A DNA stretch of 49,500 nucleotides, the filler included, from Sphacelaria rigidula (lineage: Eukaryota): the NCBI GenBank assembly GCA_964200075.2. It is 3 parts of 3 records of this genome, joined end to end, with 100 filler letters (N's around TTAATTAATTAA, not from the genome) between each part and the next. Parts side by side here need not be neighbours in the genome. Positions count along the whole stretch, not along the records: positions 1 to 16,435 come from CAXNAA020001363.1; positions 16,536 to 32,968 come from CAXNAA020001364.1; 1 more part is not named here. One strand, given 5' to 3'. The notes below the pieces were generated by a model. The model was given only the letters and a program-made list of their open reading frames with translations. It was not told where the DNA came from and did not search any database. The position numbers and the translations under genes are program-made. This document shows, in pieces, positions 12,159 to 22,905 of this stretch. Within the stretch, counting starts at the first letter, position 1, and every line of letters starts with the position of its first letter.

Positions 12159-12512
12159 GTGTGTGTGTGTGTGTTGTCGCCCCACTTATTCTGGACGCCG
12201 GTCTACACCTTTCGGTATATGTGGGCGCATCAATCGGAGTCACACAAGAGGAACGTCAACACAGGTTTTTTTTTTTAGTACTCCACCTTCCTTCTGCGGT
12301 GCTATCCTTTTTATATTTTTTATCGCGAGAGGGGCTCGGCAGTCCCTTTCCCTCGTCGGTCGTTGAGTCGAATTTTGTGTACCCACGACATAGTCGTTCT
12401 CCACTGTTGGGTATGGTGTGGGAAAAAGTCCCAGATCGCTCCGAGATATGAATCCACGACCCAACCGTCAGGAGGTTTCGAGGTTACCAACTGAGCCACC
12501 GGGGCGACCGGC
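12159..12512 (-). mobile_element. tRNA-derived SINE
   Basis: Minus strand begins GCCGGTCGCCCCGGTGGCTCAGTTGGTA (A-box) with a decayed B-box. Body is shared with 21884-22160 and 44354-44732. (CA)n tail. Confidence 0.85.
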
Positions 12513-12981
12513 AACTTGAGAGAAAGCAGTAATCGAGTCTGGGCATTCTCGAAGATTCATTCGTCCATGCCAATGCTTGCAAGCAAAACTATCATCAGTT
12601 TGTGTCGTTAACCACGTTGATGCATATCCAAAGTTACATGTTCTGTGCCCGATACACGACATCGTCCAGTGTTGGCTTGGATGCCCTAGGTACCCTGCAA
12701 TAATCAGTATTTTGGGAGGCATGTTGTACGGTAGTACCCCACCTCAGTCACCTTTCAGTGCTGTACATTTGAATCGCGAGATTGTTGACGTAAATAGCCT
12801 CCAGATATTGAGATCAAGGATCGCGCTTGAGAAGCGGAAACAACCCGCACCCCAGTGCATCTTCCGCGCCCAATGGTTACCCGGCACGTTACTTTTACCT
12901 CGAAGGGCGACGTCTACATTTCCCGATTATGTCTGTTTTAACATACGCAACACATAGTTTGCCAGAGCCTTGCATCAGGAC

Positions 12982-13068
12982 GGGGGGGGGAGAGGGGCGG
13001 GCGTACTCATATGTTGCCTGCCTTAGTCGTTGGGCCATTGACCACGCGTCCCTCTCGAGACCGAGCAG
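12982..13068 (-). mobile_element. C-tailed short retroposon copy
   Basis: Reverse complement of the 9336/9427 unit, with a G-run (C tail on minus). Confidence 0.7.
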
Positions 13069-13260
13069 GGGGACAGGGAGGGAGGGACGAGCAGAATGTC
13101 TCGTGCGATGTTATTGTAGCTACAGCTGGCGCGATCTCAATCAACCATTTCGCTCAAATTGAAATTCCAACTCCATCCTTTGCCGTCAATGTGTGTGTTG
13201 TGTGTATGTCTCCTACATTCAACTGTATACGGAAACACTCACACATACACGCGCGCGCAG

Positions 13261-13734
13261 GTGGCAAGCGACAGAGACCGCAAGATCCACAAAATCCTCC
13301 GCCCCAGCAGCAGCAGTAGCAGCGGCGACGTCAACAACAACACCAACAACAACAACAACAATAACAACAACAACGGCCACCCCGACAATGAAAAGCGCAA
13401 AGAAACACAAGAGGGCGGAGAGCAAGAAGACACCCGCATAGGGAAGCTGACGTGCACAGAACTCCTGGCCGCCATGTCAAACGGTGAGCTGTCCTCGCGG
13501 AGAGTCGTCGCCGCGTTCTCGAGAAGAGCACACGCCATCGGCCACTTGAAGACGCGCAGCGTTACCGAGGAGTTTTACGATGAGGCCATCAGAGAAGCGG
13601 CGGCTGTAGACTCAGCCCGAGCTGCAGGAGCGGATGGTGGCGGGTTGGGGCGGGTTGGGGTCGAGGGAGAAGGTGGAGACGTGTTGCTCGGTGTGCCCAT
13701 CAGCATCAAGGACGTAATACACATGAAGGGCGCG
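13261..13734 (+). CDS. Amidase-signature (FAAH-like) protein, coding exon 2
   Basis: GCAG| acceptor and GCG|GTGAGT donor, phase 0/0. LTCTELLAAMSNGELSSRRVVAAFSRRA...LLGVPISIKD is the canonical N-terminal amidase region, including the catalytic Lys of the Ser-cisSer-Lys triad. Poly-S/poly-N insert from microsatellites. Later exons lie outside the contig. Confidence 0.9.
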
Positions 13735-13744
13735 GTGAGTTGTT

Positions 13745-14417
13745 GTAGCTCGATGATGACGATAATAGTGATGATGGCGGTGATGATGATGATGATGATG
13801 ATGATGATGACTACGAGAAGCTGGCGTTTTGCTTTCATAATCGTTTTTCGTGCGTCTCTTCCGTTCTTCTGTGATGAGGATGATGACAATATTGGTAATG
13901 CTGCTGCTGCTGCTGATAATGATGATGATGATGACGACGACGATGATGATGATGATGATGAAAATGATAAGCTGGCGTTGCGTCTTCAGAGCCGTGTTTT
14001 CTGCCGTTTTCTCTTCGTCTCATTACTTCCCTACTGTGACCATGATGACGACGATGATGACAGGAAGCTGGTGTTTTGTTTCAAAACCGTCTTCTTTTGT
14101 CATAATTTTTCTTCGTCTTGTTTCACCTTCTTTCTGTGATGATGGTGATGGCGACTATGATGAAAAGTCAGTGTTTTGTTTTCGGGAACCATTTTTTTCG
14201 CTGGGGAGAGGGTCTCCATTTTCTTACTTTCCTTCTGTGATGATGAAAATGGCGATAATGATGATAACTACGCGTTTTTCCTTCCCTTCTATGGTAATTA
14301 TATAGCGATGATGATGGTGATGGTATGGTGATGAGGCGTTGCCGTTATGTTTTCGGAACAGTTTTTTTCGCCGTTTTGTTTCACGTTCCTTGTAGGATGA
14401 GGACGACGACAATGGCA

Positions 14418-14454
<37 letters not shown>

Positions 14455-14480
14455 GAAGTTGGCGTTTTGTTTTCAGATCC
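13745..14480 (+). repeat. Composite minisatellite: (GAT)n tracts alternating with a GAAGCTGGCGTTTTG-like motif
   Basis: Motif at ~13815, 13967, 14062, 14162, 14333 and 14453, each preceded by (GAT)n. Confidence 0.8.
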
Positions 14481-14764
14481 ACTTCATTGGATGTTTTTTT
14501 TCATTCCCTCTTTCCCTTTCCTTCTGTGTCCTGTGTGTACTGCCTGAAATGCACGCAGTAGGATTGCCCCCAGCACCAAGAATTTTGCCTCTTCCTACAC
14601 CACAATTTCGCAGGGATACCATATAATGTATACGGGTGTTTATACTAACACTGGTTGAGATACTCGTCGTGAACTCGAATCCCGACAGCGGACTATACAC
14701 CATACATCGAGCTCCGGATTTTCGCCGGTTTCCGTTGTCGAAAAACGTGATGAAGTGACTCGAA

Positions 14765-16140
14765 AAAATAATTTTCCAAGGTTGTGCTCTGTAGGGTACG
14801 TTTGTTCTGTATACTCGGGGAATTTTCACGAGTATTACCTGTACCCGATAGTTCTGCAACTTCTGTAAGACTTCCATTCCGGCACCCGAAAATTCTGTAA
14901 CTTCTGTAAGACTTTCATACCCCTACCCAATAGTTCTACCCAAACGGGTATATATCCTCATCAAAATACCCGGTTGCGGATACGGTTTTGTGTGCAACCT
15001 CCACACCCTAACCGACAACTTCTGTGACTTCCGTGAGACTTTCATCTCCCTACCCGACAGTTCTGTAACTTCTGCAAGACTTTCACCCCTCTACCTGACA
15101 GTTCTGTAACTTTTCTAAACTTCCCATACCCTTACTGGGGGCACGGGTATACCCTTCTACAAATACCCGCTTGCGCGTGCGGTTTTCTGTGCAACCTCCA
15201 TACCCTACCCGACAGGTTCTGGAACTTTTATGAGACTCTCGTTCCCCCACCCGACAGTTCTGTAAGTTCTGTGAGCCTCCCACACCCCTACCCAGGATCA
15301 GGATATACCCTCGTAGAGATACCCGATGTAGGTACAAGCACAGGCATATATACCGTGGGGAGGTACAGATATGGGTTCAATCCCGACACACTCTGATGAA
15401 CTAAAATTGTACCCTAAACTCTCATCAATCAAATCCCCTCGTTCACTCAACACCACACACCGACATAAATTCTTCATCAATTTCGTACGCTAGCGGGATA
15501 TGGAGTACCGTTGAATGGAAACACGAAACATGACAGCAATGCAGACCGTCAGGACGGATCATCCCCACACTCTAGAGGTGGCTCGATGGGAGCGGTTCAC
15601 CTGCGCCACCAGGGGAATCAAGTAGCAAGGTCCAGGTCATCGACGTCGATGGTGGTCGTGCCCAACGTTGTATCCTGTAGAGTAAGTTTTTTTTTGTATA
15701 CCCGGAGTATTTTCTCAGGTAATACCGTACCCGACAAATCTGTGAGTTCTGTAAGAGTTCATACCGGTAACCGACAGTTCTATAACTTCTGTACGACTTC
15801 CATATCCCTACCCGATAGTTCTGTGAGTCCTGTAGGACTTCATGCCGGTACCCGATAGTTGCGTGAGTTCTATAAGCCTCTCCATACCCTTACCTGACAG
15901 TTCTGTAAGTTCTATACAAAATGGCTACCCTTACCCACGGCGCGGGTGTACCCTTGTAGAACACCCGGTTGTGGGCTCGGTTTTCTGTGCAACCTTCATA
16001 CCCTTATCCGAACTGGTCTGTGAGTTCTATGAACTTCCCATACCCTACCCGACAGCTTCTGTAACTTCCGTAAGATTTTCATTCCGGTACCCGAGTTCTG
16101 TGACTTCTCTAAGGATTCTCATACCCTACCGAAGGTACCT
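14765..16140 (+). repeat. Two copies (14765-15340, 15665-16140) of an element built from ~40-bp units CCCTACCCGACAGTTCTGTAACTTCTGTAAGACTTTCATA
   Basis: Both blocks start with the same leader. Units are interrupted periodically by a CGGGTATACCC...GGTTTTCTGTGCAACC spacer (higher-order structure). Confidence 0.85.
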
Positions 16141-16307
16141 GTGCTCGACATCGCCAACGTTGTAACTTTTGATTAAATACGCGCGAGCTGTACGGGAATT
16201 TCGGTCTAACCGTCGATGGTAGATGCAGGGAAATTTCTCCGGGGGAAGAGAGGTTGACCCTTGGAGATACTGTACCACGGATTTGACCTGACGAGGGGGC
16301 AAGGAGG

Positions 16308-16428
16308 CGGGGGAGGGGGGGTGGGGCGCGTACTCATTCGTTGCTTGCCTTATTCGTGTGACCATTGACCACGCATCCCTTTCGAGATGGAGCACCGTTC
16401 CTACTCCTAACAGAGACACCTTCAACAT
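16308..16428 (-). mobile_element. C-tailed short retroposon copy (longer 5' end)
   Basis: Minus strand ATGTTGAAGGTGTCTCTGTTAGGAGTAGGAACGGTGCTCCATCTCGAAAGGGATGCGTGGTCAATGG..., matching 22776-22905. Confidence 0.75.
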
Positions 16429-16435
16429 TCCGGCG

Positions 16436-16535
16436 NNNNNNNNNNNNNNNNNNNNNNNNNNNNNNNNNNNNNNNNNNNNTTAATTAATTAANNNNNNNNN
16501 NNNNNNNNNNNNNNNNNNNNNNNNNNNNNNNNNNN
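16436..16535. other. Artificial contig linker (N44-TTAATTAATTAA-N44)
   Basis: Six-frame-stop spacer embedded in Ns. Confidence 0.97.
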
Positions 16536-16547
16536 GGCTGTCGGTTG

Positions 16548-16612
16548 TCCTCCTTTGTTGCTTGCCTTAGTCATTTGACCATTGACCATGCATCCCTTTC
16601 GAGACGGAGCAG
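16548..16612 (-). mobile_element. C-tailed short retroposon copy at contig start
   Basis: CCTTTGTTGCTTGCCTTAGTCATTTGACCATTGACCATGCATCCCTTTCGAGACGGAGC is the reverse complement of the family consensus. Confidence 0.75.
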
Positions 16613-17573
16613 GGGGGGGGGGTATTGTAACCTGCCCCCTGAGTTGGTGCACCACTATTTTCACGTAACCCATATCATGTGGGGGGAAGGGGTTACTTCA
16701 TCATCCAACCACGAAACAAATATTTAGAAAACATGAGTATGCGTAGTTCCAACAAAAAAAACGATTCATGCAAATGTGTAACAACAGTACAGCACTTGTA
16801 CCGCGACATCAATCACTTGGAACGAGCATATCGCACACACTTTTTGTAAGTGCAGTAGACTCTCTTCGAAGTGATACCAGGACGTGTGTGGAACACTCCG
16901 GTATGGATCGGGAAGACATTGACCGATAAAATATATCATTTGAAAAAAAATATGAAAAAAAACATTTGTACCCGGCATGCCCTACGGAACACATAACCTT
17001 TTAGGTTTCGATAGCGGCGAGTTTACGCGTACTCGTTGATAGGTTACATAGTCATCATGGTGGGCGTATGCGGCGGGATACGACTTTTGAACACTTTGGG
17101 AACCCATCCCCTTCCGTCCCCGGGCCAGACGCCCCAGTGATTCAAGCCTCCACAAAAAAAGACTAGAAGATGGGAACAGATCATAAAAGCCGACGGCAAC
17201 CATCTTTACGGCAGAAGGCCAGAGATAAATCCACCAGCATCACGTACGTCATACGCGCGCCCCAAAAAAATGACCCTCGTGAGATCGGGTAAATTTTGTC
17301 CAATGAAGGAACGAAACGGATCAAGAGTGTGTGTTCAACTTTGTGCACACAGCCAAACTTGGCATTTCCGCAGTAGATCGAAGGAAATGTCCGTGAGCAA
17401 TGCTTGGTACTCGATTTTGCTTGATTCCAAACTGAAGAAAGTTCTGAGAAAATTCATGACTTGGAGCAGGGTGAACAGTGGTGAGCAGTAGACCCAGCTC
17501 GTCCAGGACGTGTTTTGGTCCAAAATCGGCTCAAAGGCGTCGATTTGAGCTCTAGGAACGCACAGTTGCTCAA

Positions 17574-17765
17574 CCCTTGGACAGCGAGAGTAAACCGTCT
17601 ATTGAGCCGGCATCAATTTCACTTGAAAAAGGTATGCATGACCCAGATAGACCACGCTCGCGGTCAAAGGGTTAACCGCTCGACCGCGAGGGTACGTCAC
17701 CTGCTGGATCGGCATCAATCTTCACTTGAAAAAAGTAAGCGTGATCCAGACGGACTACCCTGACC
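17574..17765. mobile_element. Tandem pair of ~95-bp piggyBac-like MITEs
   Basis: TCAA|CCCTTGGACAGCGAG...CTCGCGGTCAAAGGG|TTAA|CCGCTCGACCGCGAG...|TTAA. Shared internal CGGCATCAAT..TCACTTGAAAAA. CCC termini + TTAA target are typical of piggyBac. Confidence 0.65.
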
Positions 17766-17901
17766 TTAACGCTGTTGGAACCCATCGACGATTTTTGCTT
17801 TTGTGAATCGGCATCATATTCAATTCGTTATTAAGTCAAAATGATGACGATTCACGAAAACAAGAATCTTCAATGGGTTCCCGAAGGGTTAACGAACACT
17901 T

Positions 17902-17960
17902 TACACCCCCCATGCCCGAGGGTTCTCGGTATGCCTTGGTCGGGATTGAGGTTAGGGTTG
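17902..17960 (+). repeat. Conserved motif + degenerate TTAGGG repeats (copy 1 of 3; others 19991-20050 and 23117-23175)
   Basis: GCCCGAGGGTTCTCGGTATGCCTT followed by G-rich GGTTAGGGTT. Confidence 0.65.
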
Positions 17961-18276
17961 GTGGCATCTCCATCGTACCATTGTTCACGTACATGTCTTC
18001 ATGTTCCCTCCATTTTCGTGCCTGAGTTCTGAAAAAAAAAAGCACCGTCGGCCTATTTCCATGTACAACGTCCGGTACTCGAATTCGGCGAATTCTTGCA
18101 TGAGTGGCGCACCGCATTGCTGGGTTACCTTCCGGAGGTGGTGCCCGTCCAGCGCTTGGCAAGCGTACCAAGCTAAATCATGCACACACAACAATCTAAT
18201 GACCGAGCATACAGATATCCCCCCCACCACAGGCGAGAGGGTTAGTTTCAAGGGTACCTCAGGTAGGGCATTTCCT

Positions 18277-18358
18277 ACATTTGAGCAGTTTGAAACGTTG
18301 TACTCCAAGGTCGTGACATTTGAGCAGTTTGAGACGTCATCCTCCAAGGTCGTGTCTT
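18277..18358 (+). repeat. 39-bp tandem duplication
   Basis: ACATTTGAGCAGTTTGA(A/G)ACGT....CTCCAAGGTCGTG occurs twice. Confidence 0.8.
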
Positions 18359-18384
18359 TTCAATTTGTTTCCAACTCGGAAACA

Positions 18385-18745
18385 TGCGGTGGGATCGAAT
18401 TTCCTCGTACCTGATACGTCCACGGCACTTATATTGTCATAGAGATCGGGAATGGTTTGTCTAACCATCAACAAGAAAAATGGTACATAATGATTTGGTC
18501 ATCGAGTGGCGCAGCCGCGAGCCAAGAAGCCCCCCCCAGCAGAGTGGACCCCGCCGGAGGCACGTTTGAACGCGATTTGGCTTCACTGGAGCTAAAAAAT
18601 ACGGTAATATTGAGCCAATTTTCAAAGGCTGCATATAGCATAGGTAGCGGGTAACGGCTGATAAAGCCTGCAACGGTAAGTAATGGTTGAATCACCATTA
18701 ATTAGCGTGGACGAATCAGAAACGAGCGAATTCGATTCGGTCGCA
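18385..18745. mobile_element. MITE with ~40-bp imperfect TIRs (long form)
   Basis: TGCGGTGGGATCGAATTTCCTCGTACCTGATACGTCCACG / CGTGGACGAATCAGAAACGAGCGAATTCGATTCGGTCGCA. Same ends as 23495-23636. Confidence 0.65.
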
Positions 18746-20386
18746 CTTTTTCAACACGGAAACACTTTGATAAAACACGGCCTTATGAGCACCCAAAACT
18801 TATGCAGGCTTCAGAGATCGGATCAATCTAAACGGTCGCCGCGCCCGAGCGTGTAAATTATAATAATCCGACTGCCACCATTAGGATGGGGAAGGCGTGG
18901 GATCGATTCCCGATGCGTTGGGTCTTTCTCAGTAGTGTGCACCACTTGGTCGATTAGAACCTTCCCGGAATTTTATTACTTGATTAGAGTGTAAACACCG
19001 ATATTCGGATCCTAACCCTTAAACGGCGACCCCCCCGCTGGTGGACTGAGGTAGACACTCCACTTCTTGGGTTCAGAATTATTCTTTTGTCACAACTCAA
19101 AACGCCTACTCCACGGCGGAAGGGACCGGGAGTGCATAAGAGGCACGTAGCTGTAAGGGTCATAATACAGACGGTGGTGTGGTTGTCGACCACCTGATCA
19201 TTACGCCTCATATTTTGCTGTGAAGTCTGTAGTGTATCGTGCCGTGGCTGCATGTGCGGTTTGCAGCATGCTGAATCTCACAGTGTTGAACGTGCCGAGT
19301 GTACGCAGCGCGCGTTTGGATATCGCACCATGACTACCGCCGCGAACGCCCCTGACTACCGTGGAGCAATTGCTCGGCGATGGCGGTCACCTCCCCTTCG
19401 AAGTACTTGTCTACATCTACGTGCGTAGGATGCTCGTGGCCGCCGCTCGCGTGTTGCACCATGACAATTTATACCAAATGGAGGTGTGGAGCTAGTAGGA
19501 CGCTCAGGCAGTACTGGACAGACAGACACAGTGTACCGAAGATGCTCAAACACCTACATTTTTAATTATATTATCTAGGGTTGATTTGGCATGATCAAAA
19601 TGAGATTTGACGGTAGACGGCGAATGTGTCTACCAGCTGTCTAACTCTAACGACACAAAAGTGCTCATTTTGACGACCGTAATTGGTCAGAATGGTCATC
19701 CCGCGCCACTTGAGCCTCGTGCACGGCTCATAATTTTCCGCGAAAAACTTCCGAACACACATGGTTGACTTTTCCGTGAGCTTCTCCGATGCTTCGCGGA
19801 AAAACACCCCCTCTCTCAAAAACCAGCCCCCCGCCGAGCCCTGGAAACCCCCGGATGTCTCGAGACTGCCGGTCTGTACAACTGTTCCGAGGCGACGCTC
19901 GTCGTCTAAGGGTGGAGCGGGGCTGACAGTCCCAACTGCCTCTCGCCGTTTTGAGGTCTGCCAACTCCACACTTTGCCTAGGTAACGCGCTACACCCGCT
20001 CGCCCGAGGGTTCTCGGTATGCCTTAGGTTGGGGTAAGGTTTAGGGTTAGCACTGTTGAAAAAAAAGATATTTCCGAGAAATTTCGTCATCGATCAAGTG
20101 GTGAACACCTCTTTTTCGTCGCAGTACCTGACGTATACTGTCGACAGCGTGTGAGTGAGTACACAGAGAGTAGTTGACTTGAATTTGATTTTGTTTGACA
20201 AAAGTTAACGCGATGAGGGAGTGCTGACCCACTCCGCGGAACCAAACCTGCAAGGCGTGTGCCTTACAGGGGAGGGGATGAGTATTTAAATCCCTTGAGA
20301 GACACCACGGACTCGTCTCGAGAAAGGGGAGGGGTTCAACGTATGACAAACAAAAATTATGTCACTTGTACCAATTAGACCGCCGA

Positions 20387-20419
<33 letters not shown>

Positions 20420-20794
20420 TACCCTCTCGAATTCGTTCAGCATCACGTTACGCAAGATGGATGGATGAATGAATGAACTTCGGAACTATCCCAAAAACAA
20501 TATGCTTCAACCCTTTCGGGACAGGACTGCCACAAACATGATATTAGCACATAGAGGTATATTTGTTACTCGGTGTCATCGTCAGTCGTTTCGAGTCAAA
20601 ATGATGTCAATTCACAAAAAGGCCCCTGCATGCGAACAAAATGTTTCTGGGGGTTCCGTCTCAAAAGGGTAAAAATAATATTCTCATTTTCTTTTGGTTC
20701 TACAGAAAAAAAACAAGAGGAAACAAAAGTATAAAAAACAAGAAAAAAAACAAGAAATAACAAATAGGTTTCTTTAGGTGAGGCGTTTTCTTAC

Positions 20795-20865
20795 TCTGCC
20801 ACGCCGATTCCCGGTGGCCGCAATGCATGGAAGTTGGTCACAGCTCCGGCTTCCAAGCGATCGTG
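20795..20865 (-). CDS. PHO80/U-type (P-type) cyclin, coding exon 2
   Basis: TTTCGCAG| acceptor. HDRLEAGAVTNFHALRPPGIGVA matches the 'FHx-xxP-xI-xx-YLxRI' start of the PHO80-like cyclin box. Ends at GA|GTAAGA (donor, or a GAG-TAA stop). Confidence 0.75.
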
Positions 20866-21521
20866 CTGCGAAAGCAACAAAGCGGGAAAAAAAAGAAAAG
20901 AAAAAGCAGAAAACACATACACAAATACACACATGCACGTACGTACGGTTTCGCTCGAGTCGTATGATGTTACGGTGTGAACTACGTACTCCAGCCGAAA
21001 AATATGATCTCCAGCTTTTCCTAAAAAAACGTCATTGTCGTAGTCCTGCTTGCTGCCGAAGCATCTCCAGAGCCAAGATGTATATTCTCCCTTGATATTT
21101 GTAGAGGAAATAGTTGACCGTTGAGCCTTGCTCATCTTACTGTCGGGCCAGTATCTTGTGACGTAACTCATCTCCAAACTCGAACATTAAATACACGTGT
21201 CCATTATGCACATACAACAAATGAGGTAGGTCACTTCCACGGAAAGAATAAAGAAAGTAAAAAAATGTAAGGAATAAGGGACACCTGAGAAACTGCCGAG
21301 CACAAACAATCCTGAGTGGAGAATTACGCTTCGGGTGCCGTGGTACACGGACACCAGCTCGACCGCGGGTCAAGACAAAACATGTACTTAATGACCCCCT
21401 TCAACTACAACCGAAAGATTTTTTTCCGAACCATCATTCATGCAGAATGAGCTCTGACTCGTGCAGGTACACACAGCGGAAAGGGTTCCACGTCTCAGAA
21501 CGTTTATGTGCCCTCACTCAC

Positions 21522-21620
21522 CCCGCTTTCTGCGTTCGCCTGAATTAACTTCTCCAGCACGCACGCCAGGACGGTCACTAAGGACCGCCCCTCCGCCATC
21601 TGCTCCGGCGTGCTCTCCAT
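21522..21620 (-). CDS. PHO80/U-type cyclin, coding exon 1
   Basis: MESTPEQMAEGRSLVTVLACVLEKLIQANAESG|GTGAGT, phase 0, fits the 'vlsxlLerlixxN' helix of CYCU/P cyclins. An acceptor just upstream (exon start 21641) implies a 5' UTR intron. Confidence 0.75.
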
Positions 21621-21883
21621 AATGACACCGCACCGACGGCTCTGGATGAAGACAACAAAAAAACAAGAGAGGGCGAGTCGAAAGCGATCCCGCGCCCGTC
21701 CTGAAACCACAGTTACGGGAAGAGATTGCAGTTACGGGATGAACCCACGGTTACGGGAGAGGGGATGACACGTGCTCTCATCACAAGGGCAGCACTCATG
21801 TCACAACCGAACAGTCCAGAAATTCCTTGGCTGAAATAGAGCGTCGAACACATTCAGTAAGCAGCAAACGTCAGCCGCAGGGA

Positions 21884-22160
21884 TGTTGTTGTGTGTTGCC
21901 ACCTCATCTATTCTGGGCGCCAGTCTACACCTTTCGATGTATGTGGGCGATTCAGCCGGGGTCACACAGGAGGAAGGTCAATACAGGAGTTTTGGTCTTG
22001 ATTTTTCATCTCGTTCTAGTACTCCAGCCTCCTTCTGCGGTGCTCGCTTCATTTTTTATCGCGAGAGATGTTCAACGGTCCCTTTTCCCTCGTCGACCGT
22101 GAAATCGAAAGTCGGCTTCTTGTGTAGCCAAGACATAGTCGCTCTCCACTGTTGGGGGGA
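21884..22160 (-). mobile_element. SINE body/tail without the tRNA head
   Basis: Aligns to the other two SINEs from CCCAACAGTGGAGAGCGACTATGTC to the (CA/CAA) tail. Upstream sequence is unrelated. Confidence 0.8.
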
Positions 22161-22402
22161 CTGGGGACTGATGCTCGTTGGGAAGGCGGCCTAGATACCG
22201 ACGGTGGTGCTTTACTTACCATCGAAGGTCAGGGGTTACTGACAACACCCTGGACGTACGAAGCACTGGGCGCCAGGGCGGATATAATCTGTTGAACCGA
22301 CATCACTTTAACCAATCTGTTGAATCGGCATGACTTCGGCAAGGGAAAACGGCTGACGACAAAAAACCCAGATGACCCACCCTACCGGTCGAAGGGTCAC
22401 AA

Positions 22403-22600
22403 GAGAGTTTCGGAAAACCCTGTTTTGTTATTTTAGAGTGCAGATATCCCAAGATCAGAGCGCAGAATATAAAAAACACGTTATCGAAAAAAAGTTGGGG
22501 GGATACCACATTTGACGGAGGGGTGAATAAATTTTCGTCACACTTTGATCCTGAGGTATTTGCACTCTGAAATGATAAAAAAGAGTTTTCCGAAACTCTC
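22403..22600. repeat. Inverted repeat with ~60-bp arms (MITE-like)
   Basis: GAGAGTTTCGGAAAACCC...TTTTAGAGTGCAGATATCCCAAGATCA / TGATCCTGAGGTATTTGCACTCTGAAAT...GTTTTCCGAAACTCTC. Confidence 0.65.
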
Positions 22601-22775
22601 CAGTATCTCCGTCACCGCCGATCACAGTGCTACAGCAGTCGTCCATCCCCCCTTTCACACACGAGATTATGACGACCACAGACGGCGAAAGAGGGAGGGG
22701 GCGCGTTCTCATTTGAGGATGATATATGCAAAAGATGTTCGCATAATAGATGAAAGAAACGTCATGAGCGCCCAA

Positions 22776-22905
22776 ATGTTGGAGGTGTCTACATTGGGGG
22801 TAGGAACGGTCCTAAGTGCTCCGTCGCGAACGGGATGCGTGGTCAATGGTCGAATGATTAAGGCCACCGACGAATGAGTACACGCTCCCCCCCCTCCCCA
22901 CCCCC
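22776..22905 (+). mobile_element. C-tailed short retroposon copy
   Basis: ATGTTGGAGGTGTCT...GGGATGCGTGGTCAATGGTCGAATGATTAAGGC...GAATGAGTACACGCTCCCCCC. Confidence 0.75.

Noticed and set aside
13735..14139. C-terminal half of the 326-aa ORF 13159-14139
   Set aside because: Read-through into intronic (GAT)n repeats past a canonical GTGAGT donor.
14765..16140. CRISPR-like regularly spaced repeats
   Set aside because: Units are contiguous and degenerate with no unique spacers, no cas genes are present, and the context is a eukaryotic intron.
16480..16491. Palindromic TTAATTAATTAA as a biological site
   Set aside because: Synthetic six-frame-stop linker between N runs.
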